This document shows, one piece after another, positions 24,936 to 35,020 of a DNA stretch of 64,000 nucleotides (within the stretch, counting starts at the first letter, position 1; every line of letters starts with the position of its first letter). Origin of the DNA: a bacterium. GTDB taxonomy: Bacteria > Sumerlaeota > Sumerlaeia > SLMS01 > JAHLLQ01. The stretch lies in the NCBI GenBank assembly GCA_020444065.1, contig JAHLLQ010000010.1, forward strand, positions 11,677 through 75,676, given 5' to 3'. Made by a program: the position numbers and the translations under genes. The notes under the pieces were generated by a model. It made no database searches, was not told where the DNA came from, and worked only from the letters and a program-made list of their open reading frames with translations.

Positions 24936-27182
24936 TCAGGAGTCGATCTTCTTGAGGCGGGAGAAGTTGAGGGTGATTTCCTGGCTTCGGCCGTCGTCGA
25001 ATTCGACGTAGACTTTGGAGGCGCTGAAGCCGGCGGAGACTTCGGTGATGGTGCCGGGGCCGAGGACTGGATCTTCGACGCGATCGCCGACGTTGAAGCC
25101 GGCACGGCGGGTCTGCTTCGCGCGGCGCATGCCGGAGAGGGGCGAGACGGAGCTGCTGGCGGGGGAGCGGCGCGCCCAGGAGGAAGCGCTCGGGCGGCTG
25201 GAGTAGCCGCTGTATCGGCTGCGTCCGGAGAGGCCGAGGGTTTCCTGGCCGAGCTGGTCGAGGACTTCCTGCGGGAGCTCGCGCAGGAAGACGGATGGTT
25301 CGGTGTAATCCCATTGGCCGTAGGTCATGCGGCGTTCGGCGCGGGAGAGGTAAACGCGCCGGCGCGCGCGGGTGAGCGCGACGTAAAAGAGGCGGCGTTC
25401 TTCTTCGAATTGTTCCGGGTTATCGACGGTGCGGCTGTTGGGAAAGACGCCCTGGTCGAGGGCAACGATGAAGACGTAGTCGAACTCGAGGCCCTTTGCG
25501 TTGTGGACGGTCATGAGACTGACTTTGGGCGAGTCGTCGCGTTCTTCGCGTTGGGAATCGAGCGCCATGGTCTCGAGGAAGAACGCGAGGGAGTGGTCGG
25601 CGTATTCGGCCTCGAATTCGGAAACGACCGTTTCGAGTTCGTCGATGTTCTCGAGTCGCGCTGCGCCATCGAGGGATTCCGGATCGCCGACGCCCTGCTT
25701 TCGATAGTCCGTGTCTTCGAGGATCGCCTTCAAGATCTTCGATGTCGGTTCCTCGGCTGCCATGACGTGCCACTTCTTTACATCGGCAAGGAATTTCTCG
25801 AGCCCTTTACGGGCTTTACCTTTAAAGGCGTCTTCGGCGAGAAGTTGACGGGCGGCTTCGAATTGGCTGCAGCTCCGGAAAACGGCGCGCGAGGCGATAT
25901 CGGAGAAGGACTTTGCACCAATTCCACGCGTCGGAACGTTGACAATGCGTTGGAATGCAAGGTCGTTGGTTGGTTGATCGGCCAGGCGAAGGAAAGAGAG
26001 GAGATCCTTGATTTCGCGCCGTTCATAAAACCGCATTCCGCCGATGATGCGATAAGGAACCTTGGCGCGGATGAAGGCATCTTCAAATGGGCGCGAGATG
26101 CGATGGCTGCGATAGAAGATGGCGACATCCTCGGGGTTCGCATCCTGGGCGTAGAGGAGGGTTGAGATGCTCTTCGCAACCTGCTCGGCCTCTTCGCGAT
26201 CGTCCGTACCGCTGATTGTGTAGAATGGATCGCCAAGTTCCTTTTCGGTCCAGAGTTTCTTACCGATGCGCATCGAGTTGTTTTCGATGACGGCGCCGGC
26301 GCCTTTCAGAATGTTTCCAGCAGACCGATAATTCTGTTCCAGGCGGATGAGTTTTGTATCTGGGAATTCCTTCTGGAATCCAAGGAGATTGGAAACATCC
26401 GCGCCACGCCAGGAGTAGATCGACTGATCTTCGTCGCCCACGACGCAGATGTGATGATGGTCCTGGACGAGGAGTTTTACCAATTCGAACTGGCTGTAGT
26501 TAGTATCCTGGAATTCATCGATCAGGACATAGCGGTACTTGTCGGCCCAGCGTTTCCGAACTTCTTCGTGTTCGCGGAACAGGCGCACGCAACGGAAGAT
26601 GAGATCTTCGAAATCGAGCGCGTTATTATCATTCAACACGCGGTCGTAGTGTTCGTAGATTTCGGCGTAGGGAATCTCCGACGAGTCGAACTCCTCGCGG
26701 CACTCGGTCGGGGTCAGGAGTTTCATTTTGGCGAGTGTGATAAAGTGGAGCGCCTGGCCCGGTTTGACGCGCTTTGGGTCGATGTCGCAGGCCTCCATGG
26801 CTTTCTTCACGGCGGTCTGCTGGTCGTGCTCGTCGAGAATTGCAAAGTTCCGTTCGAGGCCTGCCGATGCGGCTTCGCGGCGCAGGATGGCAGCACAGCG
26901 GCTATGGAATGTCGAAATAGCCAGGGAGGGGTCGTCCGGGACACTCAGCAAATAGCAAATCCGCGAACGCATTTCTCGCGCGGCCTTGTTCGTGAATGTG
27001 ACGGCGAGAATTTGCCACAGCGGAATACCCACCACATGCGAAAGGTACGCAATGCGGTGGGTAATGACGCGGGTCTTTCCGCTGCCTGCGCCGGCGATGA
27101 CCATGAGCGGGGTGCCATGGTGCGTGACGGCTTCCTGCTGCTGCGGGTTCAGGTTTGCAAGGATTTGCTGTTCCAGATCCAT
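24936..27182 (-). CDS. uvrD: ATP-dependent DNA helicase UvrD/PcrA (superfamily 1A)
   Basis: 748 aa. Walker A GAGSGKT, helicase motifs, C-terminal Tudor-like tail. Start ATG overlaps upstream stop (ATGA). Confidence 0.9.
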   Translation of the reverse strand: MDLEQQILANLNPQQQEAVTHHGTPLMVIAGAGSGKTRVITHRIAYLSHVVGIPLWQILAVTFTNKAAREMRSRICYLLSVPDDPSLAISTFHSRCAAILRREAASAGLERNFAILDEHDQQTAVKKAMEACDIDPKRVKPGQALHFITLAKMKLLTPTECREEFDSSEIPYAEIYEHYDRVLNDNNALDFEDLIFRCVRLFREHEEVRKRWADKYRYVLIDEFQDTNYSQFELVKLLVQDHHHICVVGDEDQSIYSWRGADVSNLLGFQKEFPDTKLIRLEQNYRSAGNILKGAGAVIENNSMRIGKKLWTEKELGDPFYTISGTDDREEAEQVAKSISTLLYAQDANPEDVAIFYRSHRISRPFEDAFIRAKVPYRIIGGMRFYERREIKDLLSFLRLADQPTNDLAFQRIVNVPTRGIGAKSFSDIASRAVFRSCSQFEAARQLLAEDAFKGKARKGLEKFLADVKKWHVMAAEEPTSKILKAILEDTDYRKQGVGDPESLDGAARLENIDELETVVSEFEAEYADHSLAFFLETMALDSQREERDDSPKVSLMTVHNAKGLEFDYVFIVALDQGVFPNSRTVDNPEQFEEERRLFYVALTRARRRVYLSRAERRMTYGQWDYTEPSVFLRELPQEVLDQLGQETLGLSGRSRYSGYSSRPSASSWARRSPASSSVSPLSGMRRAKQTRRAGFNVGDRVEDPVLGPGTITEVSAGFSASKVYVEFDDGRSQEITLNFSRLKKIDS

Positions 27183-30100
27183 CAGGGTTTATCCAACCAC
27201 TCCTTGGACTTCTGGCGGAAGCGTTCGTGCGTATCGAGCGAGGGCGGACGCTTGGGTTCCTTGGGCGGGTTCTTTGCCAGTTCGTCGAGAACGACTTCGA
27301 TGCCCTTTTCAAGTTGGCGGTCGCGGCCGGCAATATCGTCTTCGGGCAAATTGTCGATGACGATATCGGGCGTCACGCCTTCATTTTCCATATTCCATCC
27401 GCGGCGATCGTCAAACCAACCGAACTCCGGAATCGTCATTAGGCCGCCGTCGACAAAGGGCTTGTCGGAACGAATGCCGATGATTCCACCCCACGAACGC
27501 GTGCCAATGATCGGGCCGAGATCAAAGATGCGGAAGGTCTCGGTGACGATGTCGCCATCGCTGCCGGCTCGTTCATTCACGAGGCAAACCATCGGGCCGG
27601 TGAAGACGGCATCGGGGTATGTCGAGACGTCGAAGTTGCGCACGTTCGAGTAGGCGTACAGCACACGGCGCAGACGATGGATGACGAGCTGGGATACGAA
27701 GCCGCCGCCGTTGTAGCGAACGTCGACGATCATGGCTTGCTTATCGCGCTGCGGGAACCAGGAGCGGAAGAACTCGATCATTCCCCAGCCGCTCATGTTC
27801 GGCAGGTGAATGTAGCCGACCTTTCCGTCGGTTTTGTCGGAAACGAATTCGCGATTCTCGTTAACCCACTGCTGGTAGCGAATCATGCGATCGTTTGTCC
27901 GCGGAACGATGCGAATCTCGCGGGCGCCTTCCATCTTGGGTTCGCTGTTTACTGTGAGGAGAACTTCGATGTTCGCCTGGTTCCAGAAGTAGCTTTCTGG
28001 GTCGCGGTCGGCGCTGACGCGTTCGCCGTTGATGGCCAGTAGGTAGTCGCCTTCGTTGACATTCAGGCCAGGGCGGCCGAGAGGGGCACGGAGATCGGGA
28101 TCCCAGTTGTAGCCTTTGAAGATTCTCTTAAACCGATAGGCGTTGTTCTCTGAATCGATTTCCAGATCGGCGCCGAGAATTCCCATGGCAACACCCGGGC
28201 CGGATTCCTGGTCCCCACCCCAAACGTAAGTGTGGCCGGTTCCGAGCTCGCCGATCACGTTACCGATCAAGTCGTTTAGTTCTGCGCGCGTAGAGAGACG
28301 ATCAACGAGCGGGCGGTACTTCTCAACTTCGGACTTCCAATCGGTGCCGGCCATGTCGGGCACGTAGTAGAAATCGCGCATGAGGCGATAAAGTTCATTC
28401 CAGATCTGGTGCCACTCTTCGGCGGGATCGACACGGAGGCGAAGGTCGCCGAAGTCGACGGCTTCGGTTTCGCCGGGGATGTCGTCGGTGCGGCTCTTGA
28501 CGACGTAGACGTTCCCGTTCGTTTCGACTGCGAGGTGTTTGCGGTCGCGGCTGACCATATATTGTGAAACTTCGGTGGCGAGGACGGTTTCTTCCGGATC
28601 GTCGTCTTTGTAATTGTAGGCCTTCAGCTGAGTGCCGAGGGATGTCTCTTCGAAGAGTTCTTCGTCCCCGAGTCCATTGTAACTTCCCGAGAGATAGATG
28701 ACGCGATCTTTGACGGCGGTCAGGCCATAAAGTTCCTGTGGGCGGATGTTTTCGAGAACGATCTGGCGATCTTTGATTCCTTCCCAGTCGATGACGACTT
28801 CTTCTGCGCTTTCGCTGTCGTCGTCTTCCCAATCCTCGTCAGCGTCTTCATCTTTCTCCTTCTTGTCCTTCTCGTCGTCTTCCTTGTCTTTGTCTTTTTC
28901 TAGATCTTCGTAATAGTCATTGGGGAAGAAAGGATTCTCCGACTCCTCGGAGAGGAGAACCATGTAGGGCTTTGTCATTGGGGCCAGGATGGTTTCGAAA
29001 TCGACCTGGCCGAGAAGCGGATCGAAGGTTCGGTTGGAAAGATAGAAGAGGTATTCGCCCTTCGGATCCCACGTGGGGCTGAAGGAATTATAGAATGCGT
29101 CGGTGATCGGGCCGGTTACGTCTTCCTTTGAATCATAAATGAAAATCTGCTGGTTGCGGGTTTCGACGTACTTCGCATAGGCGAGATAGCGGCTGTCGGG
29201 GGACCATTCGTATTCGTCGGTTTCCCAGATGTCGCTGTCGTCGACGGTATGAAGGGTGCGCGTTGTGAGATCGGTCCAGTAGAGCGTGCCGACTTGGTCG
29301 GCCCATGCCACGCTGGCGCCGTTCGGAGCGACGACGGGCGGGAAATGCCACTCGCCGTGATTTTCCATTTCTTCAGTAACGATGCCGAGTACTTCGCCCG
29401 TCTTGGCGTCTGCAATGTAAAGCTCTTCTTCGCCGCTGCGGTCGGACCAGAAGACGACTTTCTCGCCATCCTTGCCGGCGAAGACAGCGTCTTTTTCGCG
29501 CGATGAAGAAAGACCGTTTGTCAGCGAGAAGGGGCGGCCTTCTTTGGCGGGAAGGTTGAAGAGCTCGCCGCGTGTCGTGGCAACAAGGCGATCGCCTTCG
29601 GGCGAGAGGTCGAAGCTCTCCAGATAGCGGGAGGGGCTTGCGAAGCGTTCGCGGCGGCGTTGGCGTTCGGAAGGAATCAGAATTTCGACGCGCTCAGCGG
29701 AATCCGAGTCTGTGCTATAAAGATAGATGTCGGCGCCGTGCTGGAAGACGATTCGACTGTCGCCATCGGTTCCGGGGAAGCGTACATCGAAGTCGGTGAA
29801 GTTGGTGTGCTGGCGCAGATCGTTGCCATCTTCATCGAGCGACCAGAGATTGTCGCGGCCGCTGCGTTCGGAAACGAAGTAAATGCGGTCGCCAACCCAC
29901 ATCGGATCGGTATCGTGGCCGGGGAACTGGGTGAGTTCGCGGAACTTCCCGGTCTGAAGGTCGCCGATCCAGACGTCGTCGCTGGTGCCGCCCATGTAGC
30001 GCTTCCAGGTCGCCCAGGCGGTGGCGAGACGATTGAAGACGACGCGGCGGCCGTCGGGATTGACGGAGTTGAAACTGGCCTGGCCGAGGGGGAAGAGCTC

Positions 30101-30550
30101 GGATGGGCCGCCTTCGCGCGGCACGGTGTAGACGTGCGCGACGTAGAACGGATCATTGCGGGAACTGAAGAAGAGGATGGACTTGCCATCGGGGGTCCAG
30201 CCGGTGACGCGGTCGGTATAGCTGTTCCAGGTCAGCCGCGTGGGGGAGCCACCTTCGACGGGTATCGTGTAGACATCGTAGCTGCCATCGTAGTCGCCGG
30301 TGAAGGCGATCGTCTTCCCATCGGGCGAGAAGGCGGGCATCATTTCGTTGCCCGGGACGGTGGTCAGGTGTTCTGCGACGCCTCCGGAAACGGGGACTTT
30401 CCACAGATCGCCATCTGCGGCGAAGACGATTGTATCGCCGTGAATGTCTGGATAGTTATAGTAGCCTTCGTGTGCGGCGGTTGCGATGCTCGCCAGGAAG
30501 GCGAGGGCGGTGAACGCCAAAAGGGAGACGCGTGTGGCACGTCGTTCCAT
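27182..30550 (-). CDS. Tricorn protease homolog (beta-propellers + PDZ + S41 peptidase)
   Basis: Signal peptide. PD40/TolB-like propeller repeats (SPDGKTIAF...). S41 motifs DVRYNGGG and LVNERAGSDGD. Start set at MERRATRV (30550). Confidence 0.8.
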   Translation of the reverse strand: MERRATRVSLLAFTALAFLASIATAAHEGYYNYPDIHGDTIVFAADGDLWKVPVSGGVAEHLTTVPGNEMMPAFSPDGKTIAFTGDYDGSYDVYTIPVEGGSPTRLTWNSYTDRVTGWTPDGKSILFFSSRNDPFYVAHVYTVPREGGPSELFPLGQASFNSVNPDGRRVVFNRLATAWATWKRYMGGTSDDVWIGDLQTGKFRELTQFPGHDTDPMWVGDRIYFVSERSGRDNLWSLDEDGNDLRQHTNFTDFDVRFPGTDGDSRIVFQHGADIYLYSTDSDSAERVEILIPSERQRRRERFASPSRYLESFDLSPEGDRLVATTRGELFNLPAKEGRPFSLTNGLSSSREKDAVFAGKDGEKVVFWSDRSGEEELYIADAKTGEVLGIVTEEMENHGEWHFPPVVAPNGASVAWADQVGTLYWTDLTTRTLHTVDDSDIWETDEYEWSPDSRYLAYAKYVETRNQQIFIYDSKEDVTGPITDAFYNSFSPTWDPKGEYLFYLSNRTFDPLLGQVDFETILAPMTKPYMVLLSEESENPFFPNDYYEDLEKDKDKEDDEKDKKEKDEDADEDWEDDDSESAEEVVIDWEGIKDRQIVLENIRPQELYGLTAVKDRVIYLSGSYNGLGDEELFEETSLGTQLKAYNYKDDDPEETVLATEVSQYMVSRDRKHLAVETNGNVYVVKSRTDDIPGETEAVDFGDLRLRVDPAEEWHQIWNELYRLMRDFYYVPDMAGTDWKSEVEKYRPLVDRLSTRAELNDLIGNVIGELGTGHTYVWGGDQESGPGVAMGILGADLEIDSENNAYRFKRIFKGYNWDPDLRAPLGRPGLNVNEGDYLLAINGERVSADRDPESYFWNQANIEVLLTVNSEPKMEGAREIRIVPRTNDRMIRYQQWVNENREFVSDKTDGKVGYIHLPNMSGWGMIEFFRSWFPQRDKQAMIVDVRYNGGGFVSQLVIHRLRRVLYAYSNVRNFDVSTYPDAVFTGPMVCLVNERAGSDGDIVTETFRIFDLGPIIGTRSWGGIIGIRSDKPFVDGGLMTIPEFGWFDDRRGWNMENEGVTPDIVIDNLPEDDIAGRDRQLEKGIEVVLDELAKNPPKEPKRPPSLDTHERFRQKSKEWLDKP

Positions 30551-30732
30551 GATTCCATTACCTCTATGTGGAAGTCCGCCCTGGCATGGGCACGGGGCAG
30601 TGGACGGATGCAGCCATAGGGCGACGGGATGAGGCAAGGGGCAATCCAAGGCGCGAAGAGGGGTGTTTTGCGTTGAGGATTGGCTTGTTGCGTGGTTCTT
30701 GAGACTGAAGTTCTGTATTCAGGAGGTCACTC

Positions 30733-31599
30733 ATGGTTCGGCAGATCATCTGGTGCTGCGCGTTGGTTCTGGCAATGACGGGCTGTGTACACGTTTCTCA
30801 GGAGAGTAACATGGCAAAATCGAAGGACTATCAGACCGATACGTTTGTTTATCTGATCGAGGGGGTGCGTAAGGATTTTGCCAAAACGGGACCGAATGAA
30901 GAGGAAGGCGTTATCATTGGGAAGCACTTCGACTACCTGTTGTCGGCCACGAATGAAGGAAAGCTGATTCTGGCGGGGCCGTGCACGGACCTGAAGGCGC
31001 CGGGAATTGTAATCTTCAATGCGGCGAATATGGATGAGGCCCGGGCGTTTCTGGAGGGCGATCCGGCGGTGCAGGCGGGCGTGTTCCGCGGCAGTGTTCA
31101 TCCGATGTCGCTGGCGTTGTTGCGATCGCGAGACTATTTCCGTGGGCAGTCTTTGGGGCAGAAGTCGATTCGCAAGTTCGTGACCGTGGATGCTCCGGTC
31201 GAGGAGGTCTGGAAGGCCTGGACGACGGAGGAAGGGATTACGTCGTTCTTTGCACCGGCGGCGAAGATCGATCTGCGCGTTGGGGGGGCGTACGAGTGTT
31301 ACTTTCTGCTGGACGCTCCGGAAGGTTCACGCGGGGGCGAAGGGTGCAAGATCCTGAGCTACGTGCCGAACCGCATGTTGTCGTTCACCTGGAATGCGCC
31401 ACCGAGTTTCCCGAATGTGCGAAAGCAGTATACGCACGTGGTGCTGGAGTTCGCGCCTGCGGGGCCGAACAAGACGTTTGTGGAGTTCACGCAGCTTGGT
31501 TGGGGAGAGGGCGAGGAGTGGAACCAGGTGTATGAGTATTTCCAGAAGGCGTGGGATTCGGTTCTTGGAAATCTGAAGGAACGATTCAGCGAATCATAG
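30733..31599 (+). CDS. Lipoprotein with YciI-like domain fused to SRPBCC (AHSA1/START-like) domain
   Basis: Lipobox AMTGC. YciI-like block GKLILAGPCTDLKAPGIVIFNAANMDEARAFLEGDP. C-terminal AHSA1-like FVTVDAPVEEVWKAWTTEEG... Confidence 0.55.
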   Translation: MVRQIIWCCALVLAMTGCVHVSQESNMAKSKDYQTDTFVYLIEGVRKDFAKTGPNEEEGVIIGKHFDYLLSATNEGKLILAGPCTDLKAPGIVIFNAANMDEARAFLEGDPAVQAGVFRGSVHPMSLALLRSRDYFRGQSLGQKSIRKFVTVDAPVEEVWKAWTTEEGITSFFAPAAKIDLRVGGAYECYFLLDAPEGSRGGEGCKILSYVPNRMLSFTWNAPPSFPNVRKQYTHVVLEFAPAGPNKTFVEFTQLGWGEGEEWNQVYEYFQKAWDSVLGNLKERFSES

Positions 31600-31905
31600 G
31601 ATGTCGCGGTGCTTCTTGAGCCGGCGGTGCATTTCGCGGCGGCATTCGGGGCAGAGATTGAATTCGTGGTTTTCGTAGACCTGGTCGGAGGCCTCTTGGG
31701 CTTCGAGTTCGGACATGTGCTCGAGGCGCTCGATCAGATCGTCCCATTCGTCGGCGAGGTCCTCGCGCGATTTGTCGAAGATGTTGATGTTGGGGACTTC
31801 AGGTTCGGCGAAGACTTCGATGCGAACACGATAGAGGACTTCGTTCTCTTCGACCCATCGGCCGCAGTTTTCGCAGACGCGATCTGTCTTTTGTTCCTCT
31901 GACAT
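31594..31905 (-). CDS. Small zinc-ribbon protein (CxxC...CxxC), hypothetical
   Basis: 103 aa. CENCGRW ... CPECRRE. Acidic middle. Confidence 0.4.
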   Translation of the reverse strand: MSEEQKTDRVCENCGRWVEENEVLYRVRIEVFAEPEVPNINIFDKSREDLADEWDDLIERLEHMSELEAQEASDQVYENHEFNLCPECRREMHRRLKKHRDIL

Positions 31906-31913
31906 CGCGAGCC

Positions 31914-32333
31914 TCAGTCGTAGGTGCCCTTGCCGGGTGGCAGCGGGCGGTAGTTGTGTTTTTCCTTCAGGACCCGATCGATCTCGGCGCAGAGCTTTGT
32001 GATATCAATGGGTTTCTGGAGGAAGCCTTCGGCGTCCGTCCCCATTTTCCAGAATCCGCCGGGGAGCTCTTCGTTCGCCGTTGCGCCGGTCAGGATGATG
32101 ATGGGGATGTCGCGGAGTTGTTCCTCGTTCTTGATTTTCTCGGTCAGATCGAGGCCATTCATGCCCGGCATGCCGAGGTCCATGATGATGACGGCGGGAT
32201 GGTGCTCGTTGACCTTCTTCCACCCATCACTGCCATCGGTGGCTTCGACCACGCGGTAGAGCGGCTGGAGGCCGAGGCGGAGGACCTTGCGGACTTCCGG
32301 ATCGTCGTCGATGAGAAGAACGAGTGCGGGCAT
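31914..32333 (-). CDS. Single-domain response regulator (CheY-like receiver)
   Basis: LLIDDD...IIMDLGMPGMNGLDL...ILTG...KP receiver signature. Confidence 0.8.
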   Translation of the reverse strand: MPALVLLIDDDPEVRKVLRLGLQPLYRVVEATDGSDGWKKVNEHHPAVIIMDLGMPGMNGLDLTEKIKNEEQLRDIPIIILTGATANEELPGGFWKMGTDAEGFLQKPIDITKLCAEIDRVLKEKHNYRPLPPGKGTYD

Positions 32334-32434
32334 AAGCGGTCGCCGAATTCTGACGTTGAGGTGACGTACATCGAACCTGCGGCGGTTCTTATCGAAGGCG
32401 TCGCAACGACTGCAAAAGGAATTTGGGCGCGCGG

Positions 32435-34984
32435 TCAGGGCTGGTACTTGATGATGACAGCGCCGAAGGTGTGAAGGCGTGGGATCAGGAGGCGGACGAA
32501 GCCGTCGGTCTGTTCGAAGTCGACAGGGAAGGGCTGCATCATCGCGGGATCGTCGGGGCTGCCGTAGAGGACCTGCGTGACAGTGGCATTCGCCGGCAGA
32601 TTGATGGCGATTTCTTCGTTTGTGAGCGGTTTGACGTCGGGGCGAGGGGCGTTCCAGGTCATTTGCTCGCCGTTGTTGAGGAGCGTGACGGTGATTTCGC
32701 CGCGGTCGTTCTGGAATCCGCGAACGACCGTTCCCGGCATGTAGGACGTCGTTTCGTAATTGGCGACGTTGCGCCCGTGATTCCGTCCAAACAGCAGGGC
32801 GTCGAACATGTTGTAATCGCGAACGATTTGAACGTTTTGCAGCGGGATAGCCACGTTGTCCGGATAGTAGAGCGAGTTGAGGGCGTGCATCTGGTGGTTC
32901 AATTCATCGGGTTCGCCGACGACCATGAGGGATCCGCCGCCAGTCATGCAGATTCCCATCATGAGGCGCAGGCTGTCCGCGGGCCAGTAGGGGGGATCGG
33001 TGAAGCCGGCGTCGGGCGGGTACATTTTGAGGACGACGCGCTGACCGGCCGGTGCGCGGTGGCGATAGCAGATGTCGACGGTGTCTTCGAGGCCGCCCTT
33101 GCAACCGGCCCAATTTTCGATGAAGATGAAGTCGGTGATGTGGTACATTTTCTCGATTCCGAACTCGCAAACGCAGTTGAAGGAAACCGCCGCGTCGGAC
33201 TTCACGGCGTGAGACATTTCGTAAACGTCTTCGATGAACTCGGCGATGATTTCGGAGAGAAGGCGGCCGCTGTGTTTGCTGCCTTCGGAGTAGTAGCGTT
33301 CGTTTGCGGGATGGCCGTAGCTGTCGACTTCGAAGCCGTCGAAGGAGACAAGATCGTCGGGCGATTTGTCCAGTGTCCGGCGGAGTTCCTTGATGATGTA
33401 ATCGTGCCAAGGCGTGTCGTCGGCGATGGCCATCAGCCAGAACCAGACGGGCTCGCCGGCGGCTTTGGCTTCAGGGACGGTCGTGATGCGACCGTTGAAG
33501 ATGCGCGGTTCGCCGCCTGGCGTTGTCATCGGGTAGGGATGGGCTTCGTAGACGCTCTTCGATGCGGCATAGGCAGCGACATAAGCGATTGAGAGAATGC
33601 CGCGCTGGTGACCGGCGTCGATTTTGCCCTGAATATCTTTCGCGTAGACCTTGTTTCCAAAGAAGGGTTCGAACTCGTAGACTTCTTCGGTGGGCGCATA
33701 GTCTCCGTGAGCTGGGAAGTAATCGTAGAACTCGACGCCGTTGATGAACAACTTCGCGAGCATGTCGGCTTTCTTCGCGTAGTTGTCGGAAATCCGATTC
33801 CAGTTTGCGTAGAAGCCATAGCGCAAATCGTCGGGGATATCTTGCACGACGGGAAGGACGATGTAGTCGCGATCGAGAATCTTGTTGTTCTGGTCGAGGA
33901 GGACTTCCAGGCCCAGAGGCCCCTCGCGATCGGGCGTGGAGAGAGGGACGATCAGTTCGTTCTGAGCGATCGGAATTGTGGTCGAAAGCGTTGTAACAAG
34001 ATCGTTGGAGATGACGAGGCGAGCGTTGCATCCGTCGGACGGGAGTTCCCCAAAGCGAACAAGGAGCTGGTTCTTCTCGCCGGGCTTGATCCAGGTCTTT
34101 TCCAGTTCCACCGAAGAGATTCGCGGGCCGGTCATTGGGCGATCGAAAGCGGGGATTTTCGTTGGGTTGAGTTCGCGACCGGGAACTGTGCGGACGTATC
34201 GATCGGGAAGCAGAGAGCGCAGATCGAGCACCGTATTCTCGTCGACGTCGCGTGTATTGACGCTCGGATCGGCGAACCACTCAGCGTCACCGCTCGAGTC
34301 CTCGGCGACGAACTTGTAGCGGATCACGCCGGGCGAGAGATCGATCTTGCGATACCAAACGTCATTGGGGCCGGGGAACATGCGGAAGGCCGGATCATCA
34401 ACGACTCCATCACGATTGTTCCCCCAGGAGTTAAATGAACCGGCGAGGAAGACTCGTTCTGCATCGGGTTTGTGGTAAGTGAAGAGGAAAGCCTTGCCGT
34501 CATCGATCGGTTGTGGTGCGGCTGCGGTATTGAGGGAGATGTTGTACTTCGTGGCGAACTCCTGCGGCGTCATACCGGCTTCTTCGAGGACCGGGGCAAA
34601 GTAGATGGTCTGCTCGCCGGGCGATTCGATTTTGAAGCTCTTGCCCGGACCCACCCAACCATCGCCTGGATCGGCGTTCGTGTCGCAGGCCCATTCGTAG
34701 AGATGGCCCTTGCCCATGGGCAGGTTGACTGCGATCGACCACACGTGATCGCCGGCCGTCGCATCGCCGTGGGTTCCATCGTCGTACAGGGGATAGCGTT
34801 TGTAGTCATTCCAACCGGAGGCGAACCTGCCGGTCTCGGGATCGAAGTTGGCAGCGTAGTAGACGCGGTCGAGAGGTTGCTCGCGGAATGTGTCGTCGTA
34901 GACAAGCGTCACGGACGCGGCGGAGGCCGCCGTGCCGAGCAGCATGAACAGGCCAAGCGATTGAAGTGCTCCGTTCCTTCTCAT
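32435..34984 (-). CDS. Secreted multidomain carbohydrate-active protein: N-terminal CBM-like domain, CBM48/E-set-like domain, TIM-barrel with GH66-like DGFEVD...ENW motifs (paralog A)
   Basis: Signal peptide. SGWNDYKRYPLYDDGTHGD..AGDHVW block shared with two paralogs. WYRKIDLSPGVIRYKFV (CBM48-like). FDGFEVDSYG and IFIENW ~75 aa later. Start ambiguous (34984 or 35014). Confidence 0.5.
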   Translation of the reverse strand: MRRNGALQSLGLFMLLGTAASAASVTLVYDDTFREQPLDRVYYAANFDPETGRFASGWNDYKRYPLYDDGTHGDATAGDHVWSIAVNLPMGKGHLYEWACDTNADPGDGWVGPGKSFKIESPGEQTIYFAPVLEEAGMTPQEFATKYNISLNTAAAPQPIDDGKAFLFTYHKPDAERVFLAGSFNSWGNNRDGVVDDPAFRMFPGPNDVWYRKIDLSPGVIRYKFVAEDSSGDAEWFADPSVNTRDVDENTVLDLRSLLPDRYVRTVPGRELNPTKIPAFDRPMTGPRISSVELEKTWIKPGEKNQLLVRFGELPSDGCNARLVISNDLVTTLSTTIPIAQNELIVPLSTPDREGPLGLEVLLDQNNKILDRDYIVLPVVQDIPDDLRYGFYANWNRISDNYAKKADMLAKLFINGVEFYDYFPAHGDYAPTEEVYEFEPFFGNKVYAKDIQGKIDAGHQRGILSIAYVAAYAASKSVYEAHPYPMTTPGGEPRIFNGRITTVPEAKAAGEPVWFWLMAIADDTPWHDYIIKELRRTLDKSPDDLVSFDGFEVDSYGHPANERYYSEGSKHSGRLLSEIIAEFIEDVYEMSHAVKSDAAVSFNCVCEFGIEKMYHITDFIFIENWAGCKGGLEDTVDICYRHRAPAGQRVVLKMYPPDAGFTDPPYWPADSLRLMMGICMTGGGSLMVVGEPDELNHQMHALNSLYYPDNVAIPLQNVQIVRDYNMFDALLFGRNHGRNVANYETTSYMPGTVVRGFQNDRGEITVTLLNNGEQMTWNAPRPDVKPLTNEEIAINLPANATVTQVLYGSPDDPAMMQPFPVDFEQTDGFVRLLIPRLHTFGAVIIKYQP

Positions 34985-35020
34985 ATCGTCACCTCTCTGT
35001 TTGTTCCCTACCACTTCATG

